Assembly (NCBI GenBank): GCA_030141605.1
Contig: JAQGDQ010002377.1
Location: forward strand, 124,001 to 188,000
Source: Tubiluchus corallicola
Lineage: Eukaryota; Animalia; Priapulida
DNA: 64,000 bases
Direction of reading: 5' to 3'
The first letter of the stretch is position 1. Each line of letters opens with the position of its first letter. This document shows positions 1 to 15,200 of the stretch, one piece after another. Under the pieces are notes generated by a model that saw only the letters and a program-made list of their open reading frames with translations, was not told the DNA's origin and did not search any database. A program made the position numbers and the translations under genes.

Positions 1-22
1 TATAATTTTCTTTCTTTGACAG

Positions 23-275
23 ATTTATGAGACAATTTCAGTGCGACATGGATTAATGATAGTCGGGGAAACCATGGGAGGTAAAACCAGCGCGTATAAA
101 ATCTTAGCCCTGGCTCTTTCTGACATCGACAGCAAAAGATTGTCGTATGAAACACCCCGTAGTTCACTGCGATTTGATGAATGTGATGTTCAGTATAGCA
201 TAATCAACCCAAAGGCTATTACTATTGGACAGCTGTATGGATGTTTTGATCCAGTGTCACATGAATGGACTGATG
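23..275 (+). CDS. DNAH3: DNAH3 exon (window exon 1), AAA2 Walker A
   Basis: cag|ATTTAT...GATG|gtaagt; [22 protein letters not shown]...HEWTDG. Confidence 0.93.
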
Positions 276-3200
276 GTAAGTTGTGAAACACACATGCTTT
301 TCTACTTCAGGCCGACAATAAAATACTTCTATTTTCTACTAATCACATACACGGTCTGGAATTTTATATTTCTTTTGTACGTTCATACACTTACAAAATG
401 CAATAATTATTATAACATCATTGTTTGGAGAGGCTGCAGCCATGTTTTTCTATGGCTAACTATGCCAGGGTTGCTGTATTGTATGATGCTGATTATTGTA
501 TTGGAGGCTAAAGAGTATAGTATTTTCCACCAAATGAGCATATTAATGGCCGAGTATATCATATATATATATATATACAGTAGTCACCGCTTAATAGACT
601 CAATCATTTAATTGAATCAAATAACCCCTCATAATTGATTCGATATTTTGCCTTCACATGCTCAAAAATAAGACACTTTCGTGTGAACTTTAATGACTTT
701 TTATGTCATTAAAGCTTAGAGTCATAAGCTTTTATGACTTTTATATCATCTTAGTTGGCTTTTTTCCTATAATATACATAGAAACAATCATGTTAAGTAC
801 CGTTTTGTTTGTAAGCAGGAACATTTAGCTACTTTAGCATACCCTAATTGTATAAGCCTAATGGTTTGCTTTGACCTGCTAGTCCGCTGCAATTAACCTC
901 ATTACCCAAGAATTCCTAGAAGCTAAACATTTAATCACTTGTTTAGCTGTTTGCTTTTGAAGCTCTGGCAGTCTTTGCCAGAAAGTTTAATAAGTTAGAT
1001 GTTGTTATGCTGTTATGCCAGGGATGCAAATACAGTACAGCAAGTACGTCACAATAGCAAGCTGGAGCTTAAGCCAAGCTACAGACGAAGGTGCGGAGAA
1101 ACACAGGCACCGTCAACAGTTTAAGCATGCCAAGCACCAAGTATTTTATGAGCATTTGTGCATCATGCAACAACAGACTTTCAACATTTTTATCATTTTG
1201 AGAACTTTGTGAGCCAACTTCTTCATGATAAAATAAAGTAGCCGACTTTGAAGGAATTTTTGTAGTTTTTGAAAATAAGTAGACTTGTATGATTTAAGGT
1301 TAAAAAGTACACTTTTTAATTTATTGCTAATTCACTTATATAAATTAATATTTTAAAACATTTTTTCTAACTTTTAACTGCATGAAGGAATTTAGCCATT
1401 ACTTCGTTTCTAAAATTCATTAAAAACCTTTGCAGTGCATAGTAAGCTGATGACTCACACTTTGTACCTGTAATATACTTTACATCCATCGGTTAATAGG
1501 TTCATTCAGTTAATTGGGTCAAAACACGTCGGACCCAAAATGAGTCTATTAAGCAGCGACTACTGTATATATATATATATATATATATACTACTGTATAT
1601 ATAGTATATATAGTATATATATATATATATATATATACTATAATTATCAGAACATACTGTACTTCATATTATACCAAAAAATGATAATTGATAATTATAT
1701 GGTAATTTAATTGGTAATGCAAAAGAAAAACAAGTGTGAAAGAATCTAGATTGAAAAATTTTAAACATTTTGCTAATCAGTGAAAAATTAGCAAACGGCT
1801 GCCTTGGTGCTTAAAAGAGTAGATGGTAATTGAATGTTAGTTTTTTATCATACTAAAAACACGCCAAATAATTAAATTAACAATTAATATAATTACTAGG
1901 AAAAGTTGGATGTTTTCGGAAGCAAATTCTTGTTCACAAAGTAACTAAAGTGACAATACACTGTTACACTTTTTACTTCAATTATGTATTCAGTAATTGT
2001 AGTTTAGTGTGACAACACCGTAAATTTATATAGTTTCCAAAGATATTATAGGATAAAAAACTGGTAGGGCTGATAATTCAGTGTTGAAATATAGATACTG
2101 ATAGTTCTTAATAATTAACCTAGGATTGAGAGTCGTGGGCCTATTTTACTATTTATAATTATTGTCAGCCAAAATAGGAATTTTCATTAGTTTGATCAGT
2201 TGTTTACTTTGACTGTTACTTTGATGAGCTAGTTGTTGTGAGTAATGAATAATCACAAACATTAAAACGTTATGAGGGAAATTATAGAATATGTGTGTCT
2301 TTAATGCATTCTGACTTTAACAATAGAATTAATATCATACATGCTCCAACAATTTTTTTTATTTAACTGTTGCACATTATGAAATCGTTATTAATGTAAT
2401 AGACTGATATAGACGCTATGTTGTTTTTGCAGGAGTATTGGCAAACATTTTCCGTCAGTATAGCAGCAGCTCATCTGAAAATAGAAAGTGGATTTTATTC
2501 GATGGTCCAGTTGACGCTGTGTGGATTGAGAACATGAATACAGTATTGGACGATAATAGAAAGGTATTGCATCTATGTTAGTTTATGTGGTATTTAGTCA
2601 TAGTGTGCAGTCAAGTCAAGAAACTAATGAAGCATTTGTGTACCAGTATCATCACTTAGATTACAGCAAAGAGTTGTAGAATGAATCGAGTTTTTTGATT
2701 GCTTTTAGCCTTTTTGTATAATTTGAAGCTTGTGTCTTCAATAAGTCTTTTGACAGTTTTGGTGATTGATGATGATCATAAAAAGATCAAAGCTTAAGTG
2801 AACCTTACAACATTATCTGAACCAAACAACGCATTTGTTTACACTTGACAATGCCTTGAAGCCCATGCTATTGTAATAGTAACAGTTCTTGGCATTAATT
2901 TTCGTTTCATTTATTTCATTTTACATGGATTGCTGCTGCTTGTTAGTTTAGAGTTATACAAGCAAGTATAGGAAAAAAATAGCCACATATTTTACCCGTA
3001 GTTACGTACGTATGTGACGGTTGTATGTAAGATGCGCTGGGTTCACTTAACCTTTGACTGTGCGTGCACATAGTGAAATGGTGTGTTGGTTTATTATTTT
3101 AAATATGCATGTATATTTATATGCCTGTACTCAGTGTTTTGTTTGTTTTGAACCTTTTTGTATAATTTGAAGCAAGATCTGCACTGCACATGTGTTGTCA

Positions 3201-6200
3201 AAGTAATGTTTATTATACTTGTTAAACAAATAAACATCTTAATATACACATATTATTATTAAGTATAACACTCTAGAGAATGTGCCAATTCACTATTGCC
3301 ACATCGTAAACGTAGGTAAACAAAGCTATCAAGTATAAGGAACAAGTTTTGATTGATTGATTTTTGTAAAACTTGTTATAACAACAACAATTCTGGTTCT
3401 CTGAACAGTCTACCTTGTTTGCCCATTGATTTACAGCAAGTATCATGTGAGAGTCCACAAATCAATTTTAAGCTAAACTGTTGTAAATTGTAAAATCTGC
3501 CAAATGCTAATACCTTCTCTTTGTCATACATTCCTTGTAAAAGCAACTCTGCTTCATATTATTCCCAACCCACACTAGTTTTAAATGCTGAATTTTTACG
3601 AGCATCAATTTTTCAAGTTGGCTTTGCATTGACGATTTTCTTGCTTCTAAACTGTAACAATGTTTTTTTATTTTGGTTTTTACTTTTTTGCTGTAGTTAT
3701 GTTTAATGAGTGGAGAGATCATTCAAATGAATAACAAGATGAATTTAATATTTGAACCGGCAGATTTGGAGCAAGCATCACCAGCTACAGTTAGTAGGTG
3801 TGGCATGATATACATGGAACCAGCTGAGGTACATGTCAGCCTTTGGATGTTTGTCTTACTCTATATCCAGTATTACACTTTATAATTCAGAATTGCTGCA
3901 TTTTTAGCCATTTTATTGATCATTTTGTAAGTATACTAAGAAAGTATATTTGTCAGACTTATGCTTAAATAAATCAAAGGAAAACCAGACACAATCTTAA
4001 AATGTTGGTCAAACAATCTACTCTTTAAAATATTGAAACGTGAAATACTTATTACCACTCAAATGCAATTTCACGTTCACACTGCTAGTTCTTTACTGCT
4101 AGCTAGGCGAGCACTGGCGCCTGCATTTTGGAAATGTGTTTCACAAAAAAGGTGCTGAACCTCTCGGTTCAGAGGTGTTTGTTTGTGACATAGTACACAC
4201 GTTCAACAGCTCATGCGTGAGCACGTCCATAAATTTTAAATTTTGAATTTTTATCTTTAAACTTATCGAGTTTTAGTACAACACACTGAATCTTTTACGG
4301 TAGCACTATACTTCAATCTTCACTTTCGCAAACAAGTGCAATGCACTCATGGAATACTTTGCTGTTGAAAATATGTTCGTTTGTAATGTCATCAATAGTT
4401 GGCCTTGCCGACTTTAGTTAAGGTTTTAAAATAATTGTTTAACTATCACAATCATGCTTTTCCAGTATTATTGTTGTTAAAATGTATATTTTTTATCGTA
4501 CTTGAAAATGGGATAGTATGTGAAAAATCATCCTGTCGTTCTTTAAATGAAACTGTATAGCTTGAATTTTTGCTGCAGTTGGGCTGGCAACCACTTAAGG
4601 ATTCATTTATATACAAGCTTAAGGAAGCATACAGCATCGAGCAAGCAAAACTTGTTAATGAGCTATTTGATTGGTTAGTTCCGTCATGTTTTGATTTCGT
4701 TCGTCACGAATGCAACCTGTTTCTCCAGACGTCACAACTCCATTTGGCGCAGTCTTTAATGAGACTGTTTTCTTGTCTGATTGAGAATATCACATATTCT
4801 GTAGACATGGGCTCAATGACTAGTGTGACCACTGTCAACCCTGCTCAGGTATGTGTGTCTGTAAACGCTATTAAGAAAGCTCACGGCACTCTTTCATTAC
4901 TAACACATGGAAACACTCTTACATGTTTAAATATAAACTGTTGCATACGCATTACGGATCACGCATCACGCATTACATACACATGGAGTCATACCTTTGC
5001 GGATGTTAAAATGATAATAAGATGCAAGAATGACACTGATCCACCTTTACACAGGTTATTAGTAGACAAAATGTGTCTGTTTCATTTTATTTTGTGGCTT
5101 ATTCTGTGCATTCTGCAAGACTTTGGTAAAAATTGTTTTTGTTCATCCTGTGTTATGTTATTAAGCTTTGTTATCTTATGGTACTGTCAAATACTTAGAT
5201 AAGTGGCTGAAATTTTGAGTGGCATGAAGAGTAGGTTGTCCTGTTTTCCTTTCCTTCCTTTCTTCTCCAGCAAGAAATTTATTATCCAATTTTTTTCATT
5301 TGAGGGTTGTCTGTATAATGTTACAAAGATTAACAAACTTCCAAAAATTCTGAAATTCTTGCTGCTGTAATCCAGGTGGCACAAAATATGTTATTACAAT
5401 GTTGTGACAATATTTTTGCAAATATTGGGACAATTTGTAAATGTGGACTTGCCAAAACATTGTACCAATTTTTGTACAATAATTTTTGACAATATTTTTC
5501 CATGTTGTGACAATGTTGTGATCATATTGGTAACAACATTGTCACAATATGGAAAAAAGTATTGTCAAAAAATATTGGTACAATATTGTTTCAATATTGG
5601 TACCAATATCATCACAACACTGTCACAATATTGAAAAAAATATTGTCAAAAAATATAGTTCCAATGTTGTGGAAGTCCACATTTCTGTATTATCTCAATA
5701 TTTGCATAAAATATTGTGAGAACATTGTGACAGCATTGTCTTACTACTTGAGAAGTTGTATCGGTCAAGTTCTTCTGCCTGAAGTAGTTTTCATTTGTTA
5801 TTTAAACACAAATTAAATTGTAAAGAAAGTGCTTTTGTTTTCCAGGTGACACTGTTTTTGCAGATATTTTTCATATTCTCTGTAGTGTGGACAGTAGCTG
5901 GAACATTGGACAATAATAGCAGACATAAATTTGATGAGTTCTTTCGTTCTTTGCTCTCTGGAGCTATAGCGGAGAAACCACATTGTTTTAAATTGCCTAA
6001 GGTGAAAACAGCTAAAGATTCTAGTTAGTTTAAAGTGCTTCGATGTTTATAAAGAATTACAGTTATGCGCTGTGTTGATGCACTGTATATAAGTTTAATA
6101 TGAGATAAAATGAGAATAATGCTAAAAAATAAAAAAAGCGAAAGTGTAGACTTTTTAGCACACTAAAAACAAACACTGAGCTCTCACTAATTAACAAAAA

Positions 6201-9200
6201 ATGATTATTTTAAATTGCAAACTGTGTAGACTGTTACTGTCTTCCATATAATAATGAAAATCAGAAACTTGTAAACAATTTTTATTTATTAAAAAATTAA
6301 AAGGGTGAACTCTGCTACCAGGAGAAAAAATGAGTTCACATTGCCTGCTTATACAGTGTAAATAAATTATACTGGTTTAAATTGGTATACACACTGTTAC
6401 TTTATAACGATGTGAAGCAACATCGTCATTTCTCACAGTCATGCATTAACAGTGTATCGTGAAAAAATTACGCATATTTAATTTTGATGTGATCATGGTA
6501 TGTACACACTTAGCGTTCATTTACGTCGATGCCCCATTATCACGATGATTTCATAAAGTGGCAGTGTGTATGCTGCATAAGGGTGCGAACACAATGAAAG
6601 CTTGTAAAATCACACTTATATTATAAGCACTTGTAAACAGCAGAGAAAAAACTAGTGTGAGAACCCTCAATAGAGGTACAAATCCATGCATTCTCATAAA
6701 GTCACCATGGGGAAAATTTATTATTGACCATGTGACCTCGACTTTTGACATTTAGAGCAAAATATAGTGGGTTTCCAGGTCCTTCCAAGAGCTACACTAT
6801 ATCAAATTTAATGAACAGGCCTATAACTTTGTCCATGTATCCTGTTACACAGATAAATAGACACAGGCGAGCAAATGCCTTACTTTTTTAGCCTGCCTAT
6901 ACTTTGATGTTATCCCAGAAACGTGAAATTAGGGAGTACTAGTATTAATTTTTTTCAGCTAAAGCATGTGGAGAAAAAATAGATGAGAAGCCCTTAGCAA
7001 TTTCCAGCTGCATAAAATTTTTTCTTTTTGTACCTGCAGACAGAATTTGTTTGATATGTTTCTATATATCAGTTGTTCAAAAACCAATTGTTTCTTCAGT
7101 ATTTGTGTAAAAGGAAGAAAATGGCTGCCAACCGTACGATTATATTATTTACCAGCATGCTTAAAGTGCGAAAAAATCGTACATTCTTATAATATTATAA
7201 GCTCGGGAAGCAAGCTCTCATAGACTAGCATGGGTGTCTGTCATGTGTGGTTGTATGTATTGTCATAGAACATTCTGGTAGCTTGCTTGCATTTATCAGT
7301 GCAGGTAGTATGAGCACCGAAAACCAGCATTCGTTGTGCCCGTGCCCTAAGTACGGAAACAAAGTCACTGAAGTCACTAAGCCTGTGAAACAATTGGACA
7401 AAGTCGGGTAGTAGGATTTCTTGCCTCATTTTAAAGTGTGAGCATGGCTAAAACATCACAAGTTTTCCCTTTCAGCTTTGAAAAGTCTGTTCCCTGAATG
7501 CCATTATAATTTTTTTATTACAGCTACTACTAATGAGCTGTCCTGGTGCATTGATTGCTGAGGTGTGCTGTAATACATCTGAATCTTCGATTACTTTCAG
7601 AACTTGATGTTTCCATCAAAAGGCACAGTTTTTGATCACAGGTTTAACACTGCTAGCGGAAATTGGGTACCATGGACAAACATCCAGGATTTTACAGCCA
7701 ATAGCATACCTGCCAATGCTAAAGTATGTATTGTTTGGTTTAAACAATGACAGTTCCATGAACCTTTCGTTCGTTGAAACAAGTGATTTGGATTAACTTT
7801 GTTTAATTTAATTTAAGTGAGTCAAAAAGACTGATGCTTTGCTCTGTGTAAAAAACAATTTGTTTATGAAACTTTAAAATGCTGAACAGTTAGGAATTAC
7901 GGAACAGTTATGGATGAATAAATGGACAGATAGAAAGAAGAATTATTGTTTGGCGTAATGCTATACATATACAACATACATATCAAGTGTAAATAATACA
8001 ATGTAAAGACCACTCAAAGTAAATGCATAATTCATAAGTCAACTTCAGTGTGATTCCTGTGTGTGACACGGGCCTTTTACTGAGTGTTGCAAAAAATAAC
8101 TGAGTTGTCGACTGTGGTCTATTTGGACGTTTTTGTATTATGCGTGATTAGTGTGACCTTTTCATATGAGTCCCTGTGAGTGACAGGAAAGTAAGAAGGG
8201 CAGCCTAAAGAAGGCTCACCAAGTCAAGTTTGCACCAGCACATTTTGATCATTATAGCAGGTGTGAGTTATCAGAGTCTGCTTTTTTACAGGTAAGTGAA
8301 CTGATTATTCCTACTGATGATACATCACGACAGGTGTTTTTTCTTAACACCTACCTACTGAATAGCAATGTGCCTTTGCTATTTCTGGGTCCAACAGGAA
8401 CTGGTAAATCGGCTACAGTTAACAATTTTCTTGTGACTTTGCCGAAAGAAAAGTAAGTAGCATTTTAGTTACATCAAATGCTTTTACTAACTTCGCAGAC
8501 AAGAGCAATTTTTATGTTCATACTGAATAAAGTCCATGCCGGATTAAGGCATAGGCTTTATGGGCTGCAGCCCATGGGCCTCCAGACATTAAGTGAAATT
8601 AATTTACAGTGAAAAGTTATTTAGTACTATTCGTAGTATATTTTATCATATAGGTTATTGTTAATATTTATTGTAATTTGTACGTAATGTTATTTAATAT
8701 TTCAAAAACTTATTTAAATTTTTTTAAATATTAGAATATTTCTTCTCTTTTTTGTTGTGTTAATCTTGCATCCGTTTATGTGGGGCTAGTGTTGGCATTA
8801 TGTTATTGAAATTGAATGAACTAGTTTAAACATTTCAACAGTCTTGCTTTTGTTATTTGTCACAAGGGGCTGGGGCCTCACAGTATCTGTAGCCCAAAAG
8901 CTTACAAAATCAAAATCCGGTCCGAAATTATAAAGTAATGCACAAAAAAGTTTGTAAGATTTGGTAAGAGAGGATGTTATTTGAATTTAAGATTTTGCTC
9001 TCTGCTAAATTAAGAATTTAAGTTGAATCACGCCATACACGTCTGATCTTTTAAAAACGTTCGAGAGGTGATATCTTTAGCCACATTGTCACCATGCTGA
9101 GAACTAGTTATTAAGTTAACAAGTATTCTGAAAACAACGCTGAAGGTACTTTTAATGTTAAGCGATAATTTTAATGATATTGTTATCAGCAATGTCTAAA

Positions 9201-12200
9201 CTACTTTTTGAAACCCAATCATATTTTGCATTCAGTGCTGCTTGAATTGTTTACATTTAATGTTTAGTATATGAAGGGCAACATTTTACAAGATTTCTTT
9301 TATCCATCCATTCTTAGGTCAGTGGAATCTTAATGCTGTTACCTGGTACATAATTTTTTTAGGTTTTTGCCAAACTGCATTAATTTTTCTGCGAGGACAT
9401 CTTCCGAGCAAACTCAGGACATTATAATGTCCAAGCTGGACAGGTATTGTGTTTATTTATATTTTACGCTAGCCATTTTTTATTAACAAATAGTTATTTA
9501 GTTTTGTTTGGAGCTAGTACTGTTTTGATGTTGAAATATCTCCCACTTGAGATTCAACTTCTAACTGAAATAGCTTACAGTGTAGGTTAACTTGCAATCA
9601 GGACGGGATTACTCTATAGGTTAGTATAGGTTGCAGCCTAGGGCCCCTCGAGCGTGGGGGGGGGGGCATATTTTGCATTGCTGAATAAGTCATATGACTT
9701 AAATAAAATTTCAACTGTAAAAAACGTCAAAAAGTCTGAAAACTCAATTTTAAAAAAGTGGCACCTTTGAGATAAAGGACTCTTGGTTGAGGCCATTTAT
9801 TTGAGATAAAGTGTCCTAGCTCGAGGTCCTTTATTTGATATATGAGCCTCCACCTATTTAGATGTCGCTAAAATTTATCACAAGAACGAATATTCAAGAT
9901 GAGCAGGGTAAGGAGTGGCTCCATCTGAGGGGGCTGCATAATTTTCTTGGCCTAGGGGCACCATAAGATCATAATCCAGCCTTCTTTGCAATCCAAAACC
10001 TATATCAACCCTAGTGAAGCTTGTACTTTTGCAAAATCTTGAATCTTGTACAAACACACAGATTTCCCACTAGATCTTCACTTACATAAATGCTGTACAG
10101 ATTTTAATCACACCACTAAAGTTTTCAGCAACTTATTTTGTGTTGGCTGTAATTGGGATGGGCACTTAAATAGTTAATTTGGCCAAATCTCAAGTGGAAA
10201 AAGATCTGCTTAAATCAATATAATAAATTAATTTTTCCTGAATAATGTTAAAATTATGTACAATAAACGGTCATGAATAGTTTACGACATTTTTGATTGC
10301 CCACAATTCATTTATATAAGGCAAACATAGTGTGATGCTTTTCTTATTACAGAAACAGTAAAAAAATGTTTATTGTAGGCCCTTTCACTATATTTGTACA
10401 CAAAATTATTGTAAATGTGTTAGATGAAATAAATTACTTATAACTTATGACTGAACACTAATAATTGAAGTCAGTCAGATTACCAGCTGTGAAAAATTCC
10501 AGAAGGCTGAAGACATATACAGCAGCAATCTGGTAGAGGTAAATGAAAGTCATTTTTGCATTTTGCACATAGTTAAAATTTCAATCTGCCATTTAAACTC
10601 ATTTTCTTTATTTGGTTACCAGCCCAACAACATTTGATTTTTTCTGATACATTAATTTAAGGAAAGTCACACTCTTGCTAACAAGTCATATATCTTTTTA
10701 TTTTCTTACCAGGCGCCGTAAAGGTTTGTTTGCTCCCCCTGTTGGTAAAAAGATGATTGTATTTGTTGATGACGTTAATATGCCAGCTAAAGAAAAATAT
10801 GGAGCCCAACCTCCAATAGAGCTTCTTAGACAGGTAGCTTATATTTAATTATTAGCTTTACTTTAGTTCATTAAAGTAACATCCAAAACATGTGTATAGC
10901 TCAATGTGCCATCTACAATACTTTAGCACATGGCTGTCAATGCATGGGCACAGTAGGCAGTTGCCTTGGCCTCACAAGTACAGGAGCCCTATTCTAGTCT
11001 ATATGTATTGTGACTTGCTGTCAATAAATAAATACTGTGCACTATACTAAATATAAATTGTGTCTACCACTCTCTCCCTACATTGTACAGAAAAATAATG
11101 TCGGATGACTTGAAATCTGTGTTTCCCAATGCTGAAATTGCACTTAGAGAGTTCACGTGAATGGTATTCATTTTCAAGACTGAAACTTTAAAAAAATCAG
11201 CTTTGTAGCACAGTGAGGCAGCAGCATTTGAACTGGCTTTCACTCATGAATAATGACATCCTGAAGACCATTGACTTCAAGCCAATTATAACTGAATTGT
11301 GTTGAACGTTTGATTAATAATAAATAATTTGTAGTAATCTCATACTTTGCCATCTCCGTCTGCGTGGTTTACTAATTGAGTATCATTTATGTGTTGGAAT
11401 TTTCGTGTTTTTCAAGGCTCTTGTTGTATTGTACAAGTATTCCGTGTTATTTGTTATGTGTTGCTTATCTTTGCTGTACCGCATGTTTTTTAATGTTTAA
11501 ACATTGATTTTGTTTATACGTTCCAATACAATAAAATTATACGTTTAATTTTATCGACCATTTACATCTATATTCCTGTGAATGGTTGTGTAGGTAGTGC
11601 ATTGTTTTGCCCGAGGGCATATAATGCTGTTAAGATGGCCAAGCTTTAGCACTAGCTGCCCAACTACCATTTTGTATGGATAATTGTTAGGATACTGTTT
11701 ATAGTTTATTGATGTGATGTACATTTGCAACAATGTGAATCCCTTGGGACAGGGAAAGTTTTTTGTCAAATTAAGCTAGGTTAGTAGAAGAAAATTTAAT
11801 TTGCACAAACTTAGTTCTGTTAGGTAAAAAAGCTTTTCAAGTCTGTGGAACTGTAACTGCAGGTATTTGCAAAATTTTTGAAGGAAACTGCTATTGTAAA
11901 TTTGTAGCTTAACCTTTTGTAAACTTGCAATGAATACCATCATTGCCTTTATAGATGTCTTTTAAAAGTATGGGAATCATATAATGAATAGCAATCTGAA
12001 CTTTTTTAAATTTTCACATCAACTACAACCTTATTGCAACTGTTAGTTTTTAAGAATTACTATATGTTATTAGCTTCTCTTTGTAATATTTAATATAAAA
12101 CTGCATCTAGATACAGTTTGAGATATAACATTCGCATTTGTGAAAATAGCAGCTGCTATTTTTTATGTTAATTTTTCACTAATGTGTTTTGTGCATTTAG

Positions 12201-15200
12201 ATGATGGACCATGGTCACTGGTTTGATAGAAAAGATACGAGTGAGCTTCGACTTGCAGATGTTGTAAGTACTGAAAAAATTACAGTATTCCATAAACCAC
12301 TTTATATGCATTCCGCAAAACTGGGATCAGTAAAACAATTATGTTCTTAGCAATGTAATAAGCCTTTTCACAATTCCAGCGATCGATGATGATCATAAAA
12401 AGGTCAAAGGTTAAGTGAACCAGACAACGCATTTGTGTACACTTGATAACGCCTTGCAAGCCCATGTTATTGTAATAATATCAATTTTAACAGCTAGCTA
12501 AAACCTTACCTAGTTCATTTTTCTTGTTCATAAGCAAGATCCTACTAGCAAGTCATTCTACATCGCACAGACTAATGCTAATTAAATCCATGTAAAACAA
12601 TAAGGAAATAACGTCGCAACTGAAGTTACTGAACTGATGTGGTAGACAGATTTGCTTTACCCACATGTCACGTCGTGGTTGTAGTTAAGACGTATTGCTG
12701 GGGCATCACTTATCATTTGGCCGACCGCAACTGCTCATGCACACAGCAAAACTGTGAAAAGACTTGTACAATAGAACCTAAACGATTCTATGGGAAACTG
12801 TTGGTGACTTGCTGTTTTTACCATGTAGAGCTAGTGAAGCTTTTACTGACTTAATTTACAGGCATTTGTCTATGCAATGGGTCCTCCCGGTGGGGGTAGA
12901 AATGAGGTCTCAAGCAGGTTCATACGACACATGAATATCATTTCCATAGATGAATTTAATGATGAAACAATGTCTCGTATATTTGGCATGATCATAGACT
13001 GGCACTTTGCACGAGGGTTTGATTCATTGTTTCGCCGACTTGGAAAGGTATATAATCATCTTTTTGTAACCTTTTTCTTGCATTATTGTAAATTCAGTTG
13101 TATTACATTTGTAAACTCGCTAACAGGAAACACCAGAACTGCACGAATTTAGCCAAAATAAGCTATTTTATTCATAACAGTACAGATGTACTATGTAAAC
13201 CAATGTTACAGAGGGGAGTGTTAGCACAATTGAACACATTTACAGCAATTGCATGTAAACAATCTAGTGTACAGAGTTTTTGTCCATTTTAAAACAACAT
13301 GAACTTTGCAAAGCCTGCTGGCAATTAGATGCTGAAAAGTGTTTTTTTTACAATAATTTTTGCTTGCTTCTGTATTTATTAGGCGACATTTACCTTTTTC
13401 TTTAAATACTGAATATAAACACGAATACTTTGCATTTAATATAATATGTAAATTAATTATCATATTTTGCACATCTTGTTTACATAGGTGGAACAACTTT
13501 CGAAGTTTTTTTGCGATTACGAAATTTGATTCATTTCACATTTATTGACATCATTATTTCGAAAGTAACTTCTAGCTTATACTAGTTGCATGTCGGAAAA
13601 ATCTATCTGACACAAACCATCTCATTAAAATCTGCGCAACCACATAATGAATAGCTTAACTACAGTAAACATTTACTAGTTATAAAATCATTGCTATTTA
13701 TTGGTCTGATTCGGCTTTGTCTAGTGCAAATTGTTGTACCGAGCCTGCACATGAGAGCGAGATGGGTTTGTCTGTCTGAAATAGAAAGTAAAGCTTGTTT
13801 AATAAAAATCTGTGCACCAAACTTTGTAAAACAACTTTTAATCAAGTGCGCAGTTAGGCAAAAGTTCGTGCAGGGTGAGACAAGTTGTTTCAAACAGATT
13901 TTATCTCATGTACGTATTGTATAAGAAGCAAAAAAAATCGTATTATGTGCTCATGTTTTGTGTTAATTTTGACAGATGCTAATTCAAGCCACTATGTACG
14001 TCTACAAACAAGCAACTCTTAACTTTTTGCCAACTCCATCAAAGTCGCATTATGTGTTCAATCTCCGAGACTTCTCACGAATCATACGTGGAATTGTGCT
14101 TGTGGACAGCTCAAGGATGAGTGAGGGTAACAAGCTGGTTCGTCTTTGGGTGCATGAAGTTTACCGTGTTTTCTACGATCGACTGATAGATGATGCAGAC
14201 AGGTAGAAGTCTAATTTCATTGTTTAAATAAGGCTCACTTCTTACTAACATTACTTGGAGATGTGTACCTCAGTTATCACCTAACACTACGAAGGTAACT
14301 TGAAAGTGAAGTAGTAAATTTGTTAGTTTTTAACTATTTTTAGTTGTTTTAGTGGACTTATTTTAAAGGAATGAGTTTGTCTTAGTTTTGCCTCTTAGTT
14401 AAAGCATGAACAATGTTTATAAAAGTTGATTTACATAATTTAATTTATAAACAGAGCCGTCTCAACAACATTATAGGCCCCCAAGCAAAGCAGTGCAATG
14501 AGGCCCTACCTACTAATATTTTTTTATTTATTTGATATTTATTTATGTTAGCCATAACAAATTAACACAATAATAATAAAAAAAGATACAACACAATAAA
14601 ATACACTCACAGGTGTAAAAATTTTACTGGTTGATAAAATTAAAAATTTATTTTGGTACTTCCAACAAAATCTGTGTTTAAACATTAAAAAACATGCTGT
14701 ACAGGAAAGATTAATCAACACAAACATTTGAACAATATAACATGAGCCTTGAAAAACAAAAATTTAAACATTGACAGCAAGTCACGTATTGATATACATA
14801 GATTAGCATGGGGCCCCCGAGCAACTGCCCATGCATTAAGATGGCCTTTTTTATGAATACTGTAAACCGTAAAATTTAATAAAAGTATAGTAAACAGTAA
14901 GTCCATCCTGGAAGTGTTCACGAATTTTGAGAATAAAGCAAGATGCAAACATTTACTGGTGCATATATTACACTAATGTTTAGTCAAGATTGTTCTTTAC
15001 AACAGCATGTCGGCTTTGTTTGATGATAGGTGCTAAATTTATAAAACCATAAAGCACTAGATATTGTTAGTAATTTAGCTGTTCCCACTCTTGTATTAAT
15101 GATTAACTAATGAAAAACACCATTTACTTTTGTCACTTATTTTCACTCGGGTTATCACCTAGTATTACCTGCCCACTAATGTAACAGAATGTGCTGACAA

